Positions 1-12,045 of a stretch of 64,000 bases of DNA are shown piece after piece (positions within the stretch are counted from its first letter, which is position 1; each line of letters begins with the position of its first letter). The notes under the pieces are model-generated. The model was not told the origin of the DNA. It searched no databases and worked only from the letters and a program-made list of their open reading frames with translations. The translations under genes were made by a program, and so were the position numbers. Source of the stretch: Rebecca billardiae RCC1528 (Eukaryota; Protista; Haptophyta); contig OZ251227.1 of the NCBI GenBank assembly GCA_965240325.2, positions 496,001 to 560,000 on the forward strand, given 5' to 3'.

Positions 1-452
1 TCGCCGTGAATGCGGCGCACAGCTCGCGAGCGCGCTCGCGCGGCAGCCCGGCGGCCGCGAGCGCGGTCGCGTCGAGATCGCCACCAGCGCGGAAGAGCGA
101 GCGGTACACAGCCTGCAGGTGGAGTGGCTTGAGACCGCGCGCCGTGCACCACTCCTCGGCGAGCTCGAGATCAAAGATGGACGCCTGGCCCTCGCGCGGC
201 CACTCTGGCACAGTGCGCGCGGCTGAGGGCAAGCGGTTACCCGCGGCGAGCGTCCATGCGTGCGCCCCACCGGCGAGAAGCACGCAGCTCGTCGCAAGGA
301 GCGTCCACGGTCGGCCGGCACGTCGGCCGGCACGCGCCATCGTCGGGGGTTCGATCGAGCACGTGTTCCGGACACTCCCACATTCGATCCGGCCGGGGCG
401 GGTCCTGCCAACCTTCAGGCTCGGGCGGGAAATCTCCCGGGCCGTGGTCCAC
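1..452 (-). CDS. 5' part of probable RlmN-like radical SAM RNA methyltransferase (runs off window start; first exon uncertain)
   Basis: Minus-strand frame over ~1-225 reads QASIFDLELAEEWCTARGLKPLHLQAVYRSLFRAGGDLDATALAAAGLPRERARELCAAFT, resembling the N-terminal helical segment of eukaryotic RlmN-like proteins. The catalytic CxxxCxxC motif is not in the window. Confidence 0.4.
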
Positions 453-518
453 TGGCGAGCGGCGTGCTGAACACGCAATCGGAGGCCAGGCAGGAAGGTC
501 ACCGTCCGTGTCGACGCC

Positions 519-1560
519 ATGCCCTCGCGATACCTCGTCCTGCTAGACATGAACGGCTCGCTCTGTTACCGCACCGAAGAGGCCGTCCGAGGTGCTCGTG
601 AAGACCTCTACGTTCGGCGCAAATACTACTACGCCCGGCGCGGCATCGACAAGTTCGTACGCGCCCTGGGCACCAGCGGCAAGTTCGAGATCTGCGTGTA
701 CACGTCCATGATGGGGCACAACGCGGAGGCGGGGCTGAACGCCGTCCTCCGCGAGCGTGAGCACATCTCGCATGTGCTTGACCGCAAGATGAACAAGCCC
801 GACCCCGACGGCGTCAACGACTGGGACACAGTTCGTGACATGGACAAGGTGTGGAGTCGCCTGACCGGGTATGGTCCCGAGCGCACACTGCTTGTGGACA
901 ATGAGGAGCGCAAGTTTAAGGACACGCCCCTCAACGGCATCATCGTGCCCGAGTTTGGGCCAAGAGAGATCCTCTCTCGTGATTCAAGCACGCTGGACGC
1001 CCTGCTGACGTACATGCTGCAGCTAGGCGAGGACGCGCCTGAGGACGTGAGGGTGTACATGCGCGCACGGCCTCCGTTCGACGTCGCCTCTTCAGGCAAG
1101 GAGCTCACTGCACCCTCCACGGCCACGGATGTCCTTGCCAGCACGCTAGCGACGGCGCTTTCGCTCAACGAGACTGAGGTTGATCCTACCAAGATCCCGC
1201 CGGGCATGCGCTTCCACCTGGTGTGCATCGAGAACGGCCAGTTCGTCATGAGCGGAGGCAAGGATGATGTGCGCGCGTCGCGCCCCCCAACAAGGAGACT
1301 GAGCCGGCTCAAAATCCTCCTCACACTCGTGACCCACCTTCCACTCCGGACCGCGCCCCGCTGGACTGTGCTTTCTGCAACCCTGCTGGCTGTGCCGCCC
1401 CGAGCAGGCTCACTACATTGCACGCGGACCGGTGCCAGAGCAGGGGCGCATCGAGCCAAAAATGGATTTCGTTCGGCTGCTGGAGCTCGTGGGCGAGCGC
1501 AAGGTCAAGGTCGAAGCCACTCATGCGCAGCCTGCCGGTGGACGAACTTCGTCGTCCTAG
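519..1560 (+). CDS. NIF/FCP1-like HAD-superfamily phosphatase; 2 exons (519-1268, 1408-1560)
   Basis: LLDMNGSL (HAD motif I variant), VYTSM, TLLVDNEERKF motifs. Phase-0 GT..AG intron 1269-1407 gives an open exon ending at TAG 1560. Confidence 0.8.
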
Positions 1561-4008
1561 TGCAGTAGTCAGGCAACACTTCTCGTTCGTGGCCTTTCCC
1601 AATTCCCAGTGGCGGGGCGCCGACCGCGTTGAGTGTTGGTGTTAACGAATTAATTACGGGCGGATCGTCGACGTCAGACTCGGACTATAGTTCCAGAGGC
1701 CCGCTATCTAACTATTTATAATGTAGTATCTTCATCAATTCCATTATACGTCATATACGCCAATACGTAATTAATTAGAGACACCGTTACTTTACTGCTG
1801 ATATAGTCGTCTGCCGCTGCACGACGAATCAGTCGAATCATGCGGCTACTGGCTAGTGCCTAGCCCTAGGGCTAGTGAGTAGTGGCTAGTTATTATTCAT
1901 ACTTAGTGATACGTACTACAATATATATATATATATGATCGGCTACGCCGATCTTCGGGTAGTAAACAACGAAGTTGAGGGCGCACGGCCCTAGCTAGTT
2001 CCGCGCGTGGCTGCGTGCGCCAGCTGCGCGCACCCGCTGCGCCCACGTTGAGCCCATGCGAGCGCCGCGCCTGCGAGCACACGCGGCGGCTCGACACAGC
2101 CGCACGGCAGTGTCGCTCGTGCGCCTGCCCGTGATCAGTCTCAGCTCTGAGGCGCGCGCTCAGGAGGGCTGCGGCCGGGCCGAGCGCGATCTGCGCAGAC
2201 GGTACAGCCCGTGGTGGCTCATGGGCAGCCCGAGCCCAAAGCCCACCTCCGCCATCCGCGTCACAGCCGGCCGCTCCAGCCGAGGTCTCGCGTGCTGCGC
2301 TGCAGCCGTGCTCGGCCGAACTGGACGCCCGCCGAGCCGAAGCCGGGCACGCGGCTGATGAGCAGTGGTAGCCAGGCGAAGCCGTCGTCGCGGGCGAAGC
2401 TGCGCTGGGTGATGCGGCTGAGCAGTCGGGTTATACAGATTAGTTACAGTAAACGCCGGCGAAGCGCGCGCTCCCGGAGACCACCTCGGCCCGACACTGG
2501 CGGATCACCCGGCAGTCGTCAGCCGTCTGACGCGTAGCGCGTCGACAAATGGCTGCTGACGGCGTAAAATCGGCCTGCGCGGCGGATGGAACGGCTGAAA
2601 GGCGAGGCCACGACGCCACCCAACTGGCGCACGCGCGTGCGGCCGGCGGTGCGGCGCAGCTCGGTCACTGCCACCGCTCCCGCGGGCTGCTCACTCACGC
2701 CGAGCGCTGTGTTTGACCACGAGACAGTGCCGTCGCCCGCGATGGCAGCTGCAAGCTGATCGTGCGCTCGCCGCTCCCAGACGATGCAGCAGCCACGGAC
2801 GTCACACACGGCACGGGGCGAGTGTGCCTCGAGCCTGCACCACATCTTCGCCCGCGGCTGCCCTCGCAAGGCGATGTAGGTCACACGCCGCGCACCGCGC
2901 GCGTGGCCGTGATGGGTCGGCACAGCCCAGTCAAAGACACGGCATCGTATCGCCCTCTGGCCGCCAGCAGCATCACCTCTGCCGTCTGCGAGCGACTCGT
3001 AGTTGCAGCAGCAGCTGCCAAGAGCTTGCCACAAAGAAACTGCGCGACGGGCGTCAGCGCCGACGCGCGTGGACGCGGGTCGGCACCGGGGCGGGGCGCG
3101 AGGGGGGAAAGAGGCACGAATGCGATGCCGACGGCCGTTGGGACCCACCGCAGCCGCGCGCACCTGCGCTGAGTCTGTCGGATTGAACGATCGTGCGGCG
3201 GCGGCCTACATGGGCAGTGGCGGCTTTCTGCGTTCGGAGCCTCGGCTGCCCGCCCGTCAATGCGCGAGCTATAAAGGCCGTACCATGGCATAGTATTAAT
3301 CATGAAGGGAGATATTATGAAGATTTGTCCGCTCAAGTTTATCGTTCATATTCGTCAAGCTCTCCCGGTGAGTCCCGGACGCGCCGGCATTAAATGGGAG
3401 AGAATCAAGGGTCGTGCGTGAAGCGGTAGAAATTCTTATGCTCATGAGATTTCATCAGGCCCGTCAGGATTGCCACCCGCATTGACGTCGTATCAGTAGA
3501 TGACCAAAACTATATCAGCAAGGGTAGCTTGATAACCATATGATACAAGGGCGCGCGGGAACGTCGATTCAAGCTGCCCGCGCAATACCATATCGCGTCG
3601 CTTTGATGAATCTGAGCAGTGAACAGCTATCCAGAGAATTAGTTCGATATCTCACCTTTTTATGGTCAGTTCAACACACGAATCTTGACTATCAGAAAGG
3701 TATCAGAGATGACTTCGTCTATTTGATTCCGATTTCTTCTATTACTTACTATCCAAGGATTAAGGAGCAGTACAAACGCAATCATGAGCAGCGAAATGGG
3801 GTCTCTATGCTGCGGATTTCACACCTAAATCCGCCTACAAAAATCCCCCAAATCCTGCGCGCATCCTCTTTTTTGATTTTGCGGAGCACGTGCGCCGCCC
3901 CCCCCGGCTTTCGCTCACGCTCAGACCTTTCGGGGGGGGCGTGCGCCATTATTTAATATATATAATATACTTACGTAGCTAGCAGTATATCACTGCGCGA
4001 CTCGGTGA

Positions 4009-5620
4009 CTACGCCGCGGTGCTGCGGACGCCCGGCGGGACGGCGCGCGCGGCCAGGAGCTTTGCATCACGCCGAGACTTGGCAGCTGCGCCGTACTTCT
4101 GCACCTTCTCCGCACGCCGCTGATTCGCCGTCGCCTGCTGCTTCAGCGCTGCGCGTGGTGCAGCCAGCACACCCTGCTGCGAGTTGTGCGGCGCAAGCAG
4201 ACGGCTTGCCGGCTGCTGCGGCCGCTGCGGCTGCGGCTGCTGCGGCTGCGGCTGCTGCGGCTGCGGCTGCGGCTGCTGCGGCTGCACCGCCTGTGGCACG
4301 AAGGCGTGCGTCGCGGCGAACTCAGAGTGGTGCGCCTCGATCTTCTGGCGCACGTGGCGCCGCCACTCCTCCTTCTGCTGCTTTTTCTGCTGCTCGGCCA
4401 GCCTGCGCTGCTCCGCAATCTGCAGCGCTTTCACTGCCGGCTTGCCTGCCGACGTCGCGGGCGCTCGCGCCTGCACGGCCGCGCCCACGTTGAACGCGAC
4501 CGGCTCCTGCGCACACAGTGCGCGAGCACGGGCGAGGGCCGCGGAGTTGAGGCACGTGCGCGGCGCGCTCGGGCTCGCTTCGCAACTTGTCGCGCATGCA
4601 TCGACCGTCCGGCCAGCACGCCGCACGTGCGCGTGCCAAGGCGCACGCTCCGCGGCGCAGCGCAGCGCGCGCACCGTCAGCCGCTGCACCGAGCGCATCG
4701 GCACAAACGGAGAGCGCTCGAGGGCGGGCACCCGCGGCACGGGCCGGGAGGCGGCAGCGGCGGCGGTGGCGAGCGTCTGGCCCAAGTGCGTACCCGGACA
4801 GCGCTGGACCACCGCCGGCTGCGTCGGCCGCACCCGGCGCACCTTGTCGCACGCGCGCTGCTTGGCCTCCGCCCGCTTGGTGCGGTGCATGCGTGCCGCC
4901 TGCTTGCGCGCCTCCACCTTGCTCCGGATGAGCTCGACTGCGCGGGGACGGGCGCGGGCGGGCAAGGTCGATTGCGCGTAAGCATGTGCGTGCGCGAAGA
5001 TCGCCGAGGGTCCTAGTCCCGCGGCGCCGCGGGCCGTCGCACGCGCACGCCTGCGCTCCGTCCTCTGCAAGGCGCGCGCACAGGTCGCCCATGCGCACAC
5101 CTCGGCGAGCGTCCATGGCGTCCGCCTGCTGCGCCGCGCCGTCGTCGTCGGACGCGTCGTCGACCGTGGTTGTGTTCGCGTCAGCTTTCGCCATCGGCAC
5201 CGTGCTCGAGCGCCTGCGCGCCCAGCCCGGGCTCTGCAGCAGCGAGCGCTGGCGCACCATCGGCGCGACGTCCTCGTCCGCCTCGTGCTGCGCGGCCGAG
5301 GCACGCGCGGGCTCGGTCTTCTTGATCGGGGACGGCGATGGGCTGAGCTTGGGTGTGCCTGTATTCTTTGCCGACTCGCCCTTGCCCGTGTCCGCGACAG
5401 CCTGGGCCTGTGCGCGCGGGGAGGGGCTGGGCTCGCGCGCGCGGCGCGGTGAGCGCGAGGGCGGCGCGGGAGATGCCTTGTGATGCTCTGCCTCAGCGGG
5501 GGCATCACCCAGCTGAGCTTGGAGCTGCTTGATGAGCTGCTCGGACTTGGAGTTCGCCTTCAGGCCGTGCTGCTTCGCCAGAAGCTGCAGCTCGCGGCGT
5601 GAGAGTGCGTGGAGGTCCAT
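4009..5620 (-). CDS. SAP-like N-terminal domain protein with basic/QP-rich C-terminus (NuSAP-like architecture), intron-containing
   Basis: MDLHALSRRELQLLAKQHGLKANSKSEQLIKQL is a SAP-like helix pair. Putative GT-AG introns (~4937-5100, ~4508-4843) join it to the frame ending at 4009. QP repeat at ~4215-4285. Confidence 0.55.
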
Positions 5621-5861
5621 GAGTCGCGGGTCGCGAGAGAGAGATCGGCAGATCGCTGAATCGTTGGACGGACGAAATCTCTCACGGCCGGGCGTTTCAT
5701 CGCCCTTCCCGCTCGCAAGCTTGGTCCTGATGAAACGGGCGCGCGAGCTGCTTGTGCCTGAAAGTTCGCCTTTGCTTCCGCACGCCCGCCCGCGCCCGGC
5801 CCGCGACCTTGACCGCGGTTTGAACGACTCCCAGCACCGCGCTCATCGCCACGACGCTGTC

Positions 5862-8420
5862 ATGGCCGGGGCCGACGGCGAGCAGCCGCGCAGCCCGCTT
5901 AGCCCCATCACGCCGGTGAACCTGCGCCCGCGAGCAAACATCCTCCACCAGCTCAAGCGCGACGAGCCTCTCACGCCGCTCGACCTGCGCGGTGTCAAAG
6001 CTGCGCCGAGCGAGGCCGAGCAAGCTGAGACGGAGCCAGCGGCACCCGCGCCAATCCCGGTACCGCAGCCGGTGCCCAAGCCGGAGAGTAAGCGTGTGAA
6101 CGTGACCACCGCCGCTTCCCAGCCGGTGCAGCCCGCGGCCGCGGCTGCACCTGCGTCCACTGCCGGCGCGGCGCTGCCGCCGGTCTCACGCGCGCAGTCG
6201 GCCGTGGGCATCTGCGCTTTCGCCCTCGACGAGAGCGTGCCCTTGGTCGCCGCGGCGTGCTGGGCCGAGCTGCAGCAGCGCGGCGCAGATGCCACACACA
6301 CCGGCCTCTTCCGCGTCGAAGGCGCCGCCGACGAGCTCGAGCAGATGGAGCGCGACCTCTCAGACTCGAACCAGCTGCCGGCTGAGGTGCTCCTCATCGT
6401 GCGCGCGGCGAGCACCGACTGCGTCGCGACAATGCTCAAGCGCACGATCGCGACGGCCGCGGAGCATCCGCTCTTCTCGCTGGATGAGGTCTCGCAGCTC
6501 GAGGCCGCGGTCGACGAGGAGGCCGCCGCCAACGTGCGCGACGCGATGCCGGAGGGCCGCGGCGACATTGTGCGCTTTGTGACGGACGCGGCGGCGCGCG
6601 TCGCCTCGCACGAGAAGAAGACGCGGATGGGCGTGCGCGCGCTCGCGACGGTGCTCGCGCCGTGCCTCTTTCGGATGCCCGACTCGAGCGAGCCGATGGA
6701 GATGCTCCAGGCCGCGCGGCGCTCGGTGCAGCTCACGGCCAAGCTCCTGGAGGGCGCGCGCCACCGCCTGCCGCCCGTGGAGGTGGCCGCGCCCGGCAGC
6801 GCGCACGCGGAGGCGGACGCGCCGGGCTGCGAGATCGGCGCCTTCTTCCCGCCGCCGCCGCCGCTGCTCGCGTCTGGCGGCCTCTCGCCAAGCCCAGTCC
6901 CCTCCGAGTGCTCCCTCGTCGCCGCCGCCGCCTCGGACGCGTGCGGCGAGCCGAGCGTCGCCGGCAGCGCGCACGACGGGTGCGCCGAGTGTGCGCGTGA
7001 CGAGGTGTTTGCGCCGCTCGAGCTGGACGCGGACGGCGAGGGCGCGTGGCCCGAGCTGGAGGAGGCGGCCTCGTCGAGCGACAGCCCGGAGGGCCTCGAT
7101 GCCAAGGGCTTCGTCTCCGCGGCGGAGGTGGCGCTCTCGCAGGTCATGCTGCTCGTCGAGCCCGCGGCGCGGCCCCCGCCCACGCCCGCGGCCGGCAGCG
7201 ACGGCGACGGGTGTGGGTGTGCGGACGAGGAGAGCATCGGCTTCCACGAGGGCACGCCGCTCTCGTCCTCTCTCTCGGCCGCGTCCGGCCCGCGCAGCAT
7301 GCCCGTGCCGTGCAGCCCCGCCGAGCAGCTGCTGCCGCGCCTCTCCACCGCGTCGGACGAGGAGCGGCAGCGCGGCGGCGCCGCGGGCAGCACGGAGCAG
7401 GCGCTCGAGCAGCTGATGCGCTCGATGCCCACGCCCGAGCTGCCCACGCCCGAGCCGAGCCGCGCGGCGGCGGCGGTGATCGAGGCGATCCGCGCGGAGG
7501 GCATCGAGCCCGACCTGCTCGCGATGCAGTCAGACGAGCCCGGCTGCACGCGTGCGGAGGAGAAGCTGTACGCCCTGTTTGCGCGCTCGATGCTCACGAC
7601 GCCGACGCCGCAGCGCCCGCCGCTCGGGCCGTTCACCATCTTCGAGGGCGGCGAGGAGGAGGAGGCGGAGGAGGGCGCGGGCGGGCTCTCGCGCGCGCTG
7701 CAGCAGGCGGCGCGGGGCGGAGGGAGCGCGTGCTCCGACGCGAGCCCGTCCACGCACTCGAGCTCGACCGAGGCCGCCTCGCGCGACGCGTCGCCGGGCG
7801 CGGAGGCGGTGGCGCTGGCGTCGCCGGGCGGTGCGCTCGGCGCTGCGGCCGCCCGCGGCGAGGGCGGCGGGGGCGTGCGCGGGGGCGCGCCCGCGTACGG
7901 TCGCGCGCTCTGGCCCGCGGTGACGGCCGTCGCCTCGCTCGCCGTCGCGGCAGCTGGCATGGCCTGCTTCTCCGCGCCGCCGATGCACGCGCCACAGCCG
8001 GCGGTGCAGCCGCTCGTGCGCGAGGGCGAGGGCCCGCCCATCGCGCAGGCGGTACGCACGCTGCACCGGCTCGAGCGCGCGTCGGCACGCGCGCCGGTGG
8101 TGGACTGGCACGTCGAGTTCGCACCGCCGCGGCGCGCACCGCGCTCCGCCGGTGTGCTCGCGGCGATCGCTTCCCGGTACGCGCTTGCCGACGCGCTCCA
8201 GATTGGCCTCGACGAGGTGGCGCTCCCGGACGTGGCAGACCCTTTCGGTGACGCGCCCCCAGCGCGCGGCGGAGCGTCGGTCTCGTGGGCGCCGGAGTGG
8301 TCTATGCAGCCTCGCTTCAACCCGCTGTCCGCGCTGGCGCAGCAGCGCGCGGACGCGTGGCTCGATCGGCTCGGCGTGCACCCGGCTGGCGGCGATGGGG
8401 GTGAGCCCCACGCGCACTGA
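5862..8420 (+). CDS. RhoGAP domain protein with long disordered region and a possible C-terminal TM helix (start 5729 or 5862)
   Basis: GLFRVEG arginine-finger motif; VATMLKR; MGVRALATVLAPCLFR. Hydrophobic ALWPAVTAVASLAVAAAGMACF stretch. Confidence 0.8.
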   Translation: MAGADGEQPRSPLSPITPVNLRPRANILHQLKRDEPLTPLDLRGVKAAPSEAEQAETEPAAPAPIPVPQPVPKPESKRVNVTTAASQPVQPAAAAAPASTAGAALPPVSRAQSAVGICAFALDESVPLVAAACWAELQQRGADATHTGLFRVEGAADELEQMERDLSDSNQLPAEVLLIVRAASTDCVATMLKRTIATAAEHPLFSLDEVSQLEAAVDEEAAANVRDAMPEGRGDIVRFVTDAAARVASHEKKTRMGVRALATVLAPCLFRMPDSSEPMEMLQAARRSVQLTAKLLEGARHRLPPVEVAAPGSAHAEADAPGCEIGAFFPPPPPLLASGGLSPSPVPSECSLVAAAASDACGEPSVAGSAHDGCAECARDEVFAPLELDADGEGAWPELEEAASSSDSPEGLDAKGFVSAAEVALSQVMLLVEPAARPPPTPAAGSDGDGCGCADEESIGFHEGTPLSSSLSAASGPRSMPVPCSPAEQLLPRLSTASDEERQRGGAAGSTEQALEQLMRSMPTPELPTPEPSRAAAAVIEAIRAEGIEPDLLAMQSDEPGCTRAEEKLYALFARSMLTTPTPQRPPLGPFTIFEGGEEEEAEEGAGGLSRALQQAARGGGSACSDASPSTHSSSTEAASRDASPGAEAVALASPGGALGAAAARGEGGGGVRGGAPAYGRALWPAVTAVASLAVAAAGMACFSAPPMHAPQPAVQPLVREGEGPPIAQAVRTLHRLERASARAPVVDWHVEFAPPRRAPRSAGVLAAIASRYALADALQIGLDEVALPDVADPFGDAPPARGGASVSWAPEWSMQPRFNPLSALAQQRADAWLDRLGVHPAGGDGGEPHAH

Positions 8421-9679
8421 CTCCAGCTGAGCGCGCCAGGCGAGAGCCAACTCGCCGATTGACCCCCTCCCGGCCCAGGCCTGTCGGCGGCGATGGCTGC
8501 GACATGCGCGCGGCCCACGGCCACCATGACCAGCGTGCCGCGCCTCGCTGGCGACCGCGGATGGACCACGACCGTCTGCCCGCGAAGGAAAGATCGCGAC
8601 TGGCGACCTTCCGTCATCCGCCGGTGCTGCACGTCGCGCGCACGGCAAGGTTCATCGTGAGCACATCCTCAAAACTACCTGTCGTGCTGCGCCAGTGCTT
8701 GCACTGGCACTCTATCTGACTCACGGGCTTGCCGCTTCAAGTTCAAGGTGGCCCCGCTTCCCATCCCTCGGGTCCCCTGCCAGGCCGGGCCGCCCCGAGT
8801 GGCCGCCCCGACCGTCGGCGTCGTCACGATTTAGTTCGGTCTTCAGAGTTCGGACCGCGGACGATTATTCGTCGCATCATCCGTAGTGATCCGACTGATC
8901 CGAGGCTGACGGGCGCTGAGTCTGACGCGATCGAGCCGATCGACGCGAACGCACGCTGTCGCACGCGCGCTGGCGGCTGGGGCTGGGCGGCCCGCCGGCG
9001 GCGGCCCGGCGGGCCCGGCGGCCGGGCGGCGCTGGGCGGCTGGCAACGCCGCGACGCAACGCAACGTCGGTGCTGCCAACGGACCTGGCCCGTAGTCCTG
9101 GGCTCCTGGCAACGGTAGGCCGGCGGGGCTCCACGCTACGCGCTCCGCCCTGCACCGCGGGCCATATTCCCATAAATAAATCTATGAAGCAGTCTAAACT
9201 AGCTAGCTACGTACTCGAAATTATGCGAAGATAAATAAATTTACTTTTTACTGAATTACTGACGTAGCTAACTCATCGGCCAACAGGTAGTTTACTAGTT
9301 CAGTCACTTCAGTCCGACGGTGCAGCAGAATACTAACTGAACTAGCCCGGTAGGTTAAGTAATACGTTACCGGAGGCATATTTAGATATTAATGATATAT
9401 ATATTATATATTAATATAGCTAGCTATATATATATATATATATGTATCCGATCGTGCTGTTGAAGTACTAGCAGTGCCTGGTGATGACTACTATGCTACG
9501 GTGAGACAGTGACATCGTTGCCGGACTGCGTCTGCGGCGGCGGTCTCGGGTCTGCGGCTGCGCCATCGTGATCGCGGTGATCGGCACGATGCGGCATGCC
9601 GCGCTGCTGCGGGGCCGCCTGCGGCACTGTATAGTGTGTCTGTGACATGACATGAATCGAAGCGGCCTCTGGCGGTGGA

Positions 9680-10144
9680 TCACCTCCTCGCCACCGCTCC
9701 ACTGAGCAATCGCGCGGCGGCATCGAGGTCGCCCGCCGCCTCGAGCTCCTCGACGCGTGCCATGAGCGCGTTGAGGTCCTGCAGCGGATTTGATGGCGGC
9801 GAAGCGTCGCTCGCCGGCGCCTCTGCCACCCTGGCGCTGGTCGGTGTCGGCGGGGCGTACTGCGAGGGCGTTGGTGTCTCCACGCTCGAGTGATCACCAG
9901 TCAGCTGACCCAGCGCCGATGGAAGCCATGGCGTCCCAGGGAAGCCGAGGCTCGCGAGGCCGCTCGAAGCGGGCTCGTCGCCCTCGTCGCCTGCGTCCTC
10001 GTACGCAGGCTCGTTCATCAGCTTACGCCGAAGCGCAAGCGCGCCGTCGGGATCGTCATCATCCTCGAGGTCCACCCCGCACACCGAGCTCAAGAACACC
10101 TTGACGCTCTTCTTGAATGGCCCGGGAGAGTGCCAGTCTGCCAT
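9680..10144 (-). CDS. Hypothetical acidic protein (154 aa)
   Basis: ATG-initiated ORF with protein-like composition (not Arg/Ala antisense pattern), divergent from the flavoprotein gene ~110 bp away. Confidence 0.55.
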   Translation of the reverse strand: MADWHSPGPFKKSVKVFLSSVCGVDLEDDDDPDGALALRRKLMNEPAYEDAGDEGDEPASSGLASLGFPGTPWLPSALGQLTGDHSSVETPTPSQYAPPTPTSARVAEAPASDASPPSNPLQDLNALMARVEELEAAGDLDAAARLLSGAVARR

Positions 10145-10257
10145 CGCGGAGGCTGGAGAGCCTGATCCCTGGCTCCCGCGTTCCTCGTCGAGTTCCAGTC
10201 CGGCTGCAGCCTGCAGTGGCCAAGGGAGGTCCAGTGGCCCTTGCCGGAGGCCCAGGG

Positions 10258-12045
10258 ATGGCGGCGGCGGTCCAAGACCCCGCTGAGAGCTTTGGTTTGG
10301 TCGTCGTCGGGGCCGGGCCGTGCGCCCTGGCGGTGCTCAGTCGGCTCGTGCGCGACTGTCGCTGTGCCGGAATCGACGAGCGACCGATCCTGCGCTGCAC
10401 ACGCGTCCTCGACCCTGCGGGCGAGTGGCTGGGCGCGTGGCGGCGCAAGCTCGGCGCGCAGGCTGTGTCTCACCTCCGATCGCCAACGTTTGTACACCCG
10501 CACCCGTCACGCGTGATCGACGACGAGCTCGGCCGATTTGCTCGGCGGCACAATCGCCTGCACGAGCTCCTCCCGCTGCCCACCACGGACGGCGATGGCC
10601 TGCTGAGCTCGCCGCATGCGCCGCACGAGTGGCACGCTCCAAGTGTGGCGCTCTTCGACGACTTCTGCGCAGCGATGATCGCCGAGTACGGGCTGGCCGA
10701 TCTGGTGAGCCGCGGCGAGGCCGTCGAAGTGCGCCCAGACGGACGCGGCGGCGCGCTCGTCGTCCTCGCGCGCGGCCAGACGCTGCGCGCACGCGCCGTC
10801 GTGCTCGCCGTGGGCAACGGTGGCACGCCAGTCGTGCCCCGCTGGGCCTGTGGGCTCGTCGCGGGCGCGGGCGGCGGCGAGGGGCAGGCGCCCGTCGTGC
10901 ACAGCGCGTGGCTTCCCCCGCCCGAACCGCGTGGCCTGCTCTCCGTGCTCACCAGCGCGGCCGTCGGCCTGGTGCGCGCCGCGGCAGCTGCCGTGCCCCT
11001 GCCTGGCGTGCGCCCCGCACTCCGGCCGGCCGCGCGCAGCCTGCTCATTGTCGGTGGGGGCCTGAGCGCGGCGCAGCTCGCGCTGATGGCGGCGCGCGAG
11101 GCGCCTGCGCGCTTCTCCGACGTGTACCTCTGCGCACGCCGTCCGATCCGCGAGCGGCCGTACGACATCTCGAGCGCGTGGATGGGCCGGCACTGGGGCG
11201 CCGACTTTGCCCCCGAGGAGCTCGGCTTCTTCCGGGCTGGCCTCGAGGAGCGGGCGCACGTGCTGAGTGCGGCGCGCGATGGCGGCAGCGTGACGCCGTC
11301 CGCGCCGGCGCAGCTGCGATGGCTTCACGCCGCGGCGCGCCACGCCGCGCCGAGCCTCCCCACACCACCGTGGGCTGCGCGCCTCCCCTTGCCACACGCG
11401 CTCCGCGCCGTCCTCGCGCGCGCGCACAACGCGCTGTGCGCACGCGTGCACGTGCTGGAGGGCTGCGAAGTGGTGGACGCGAGCGCCCTGGATCGGGCCG
11501 AACAGGACGCACGCGTGCGCGTGCGTCTGCGTCATTCGCGTACGCTGGAGTCCACGCCCTCGCTGCAGGCACTTGACGTGCACACCGTGTGGCTGGCGAC
11601 AGGTCACCGGGTGGACGTGCCAGCACCCTGCGTGCCCGTTGGTGACCCGCTCACGAGCGCCTGCGGCGGCGCCTCAGCGGACGGGCCTGCCGCCCACGCT
11701 GTCGACGCCGAGGGGCCGTTGAGCCCGGCAACGCGTACCGGCGGACCGTCCCTCCACGCCGAGCTCGAGCTGCCCAATGGTGTGGAAGCAAGCGCGCAGC
11801 GCGGGCTGCTCTCCAGCGTGCAGCGGCACTGGCCAGCCCCAGTTGTGGCGGGCCTGCCTGTGCTGACACCCACGCTGCAGTGGGCCGTCGGCGCCCCCGT
11901 GTATGCGTGTGGCAGCCTGACGGCGCTCCAGCTCGGCCCAGATGCCTTCAACCTCGCCGGCGCAGCAGCCGGCGCGTCGCGAATTGTGAGCGACCTGCTT
12001 TCGCATGGTGCCGGCGGCGGGTCGGCGGAGTGGCTAGCTCTGTAG
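10258..12045 (+). CDS. FAD/NAD(P)-binding oxidoreductase (lysine/ornithine N-monooxygenase-like fold); possible in-frame intron ~11300-11400
   Basis: VVVGAGPCAL FAD Rossmann motif, HLRSPTFVHP, LIVGGGLSAAQLA second dinucleotide motif, WLATG, LQLGPDAFNLAGA. Confidence 0.75.
   Translation: MAAAVQDPAESFGLVVVGAGPCALAVLSRLVRDCRCAGIDERPILRCTRVLDPAGEWLGAWRRKLGAQAVSHLRSPTFVHPHPSRVIDDELGRFARRHNRLHELLPLPTTDGDGLLSSPHAPHEWHAPSVALFDDFCAAMIAEYGLADLVSRGEAVEVRPDGRGGALVVLARGQTLRARAVVLAVGNGGTPVVPRWACGLVAGAGGGEGQAPVVHSAWLPPPEPRGLLSVLTSAAVGLVRAAAAAVPLPGVRPALRPAARSLLIVGGGLSAAQLALMAAREAPARFSDVYLCARRPIRERPYDISSAWMGRHWGADFAPEELGFFRAGLEERAHVLSAARDGGSVTPSAPAQLRWLHAAARHAAPSLPTPPWAARLPLPHALRAVLARAHNALCARVHVLEGCEVVDASALDRAEQDARVRVRLRHSRTLESTPSLQALDVHTVWLATGHRVDVPAPCVPVGDPLTSACGGASADGPAAHAVDAEGPLSPATRTGGPSLHAELELPNGVEASAQRGLLSSVQRHWPAPVVAGLPVLTPTLQWAVGAPVYACGSLTALQLGPDAFNLAGAAAGASRIVSDLLSHGAGGGSAEWLAL

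Noticed and set aside
1850-1890. CCCTAG/CTAGGG telomere-like motif
   Set aside because: One or two units only, not an array.
1980-3960. Possible minus-strand gene or TE ORFs
   Set aside because: Fragmented frames with no recognisable motifs; may be a pseudogene or TE relic but cannot be supported.
5843-8632. Long antisense/overlapping ORFs (also 17571-20294, 42295-45849, 41684-44941, 13601-15253)
   Set aside because: Arg/Ala/Ser-rich shadow frames of real GC-rich genes; stop codons are scarce at this GC content.
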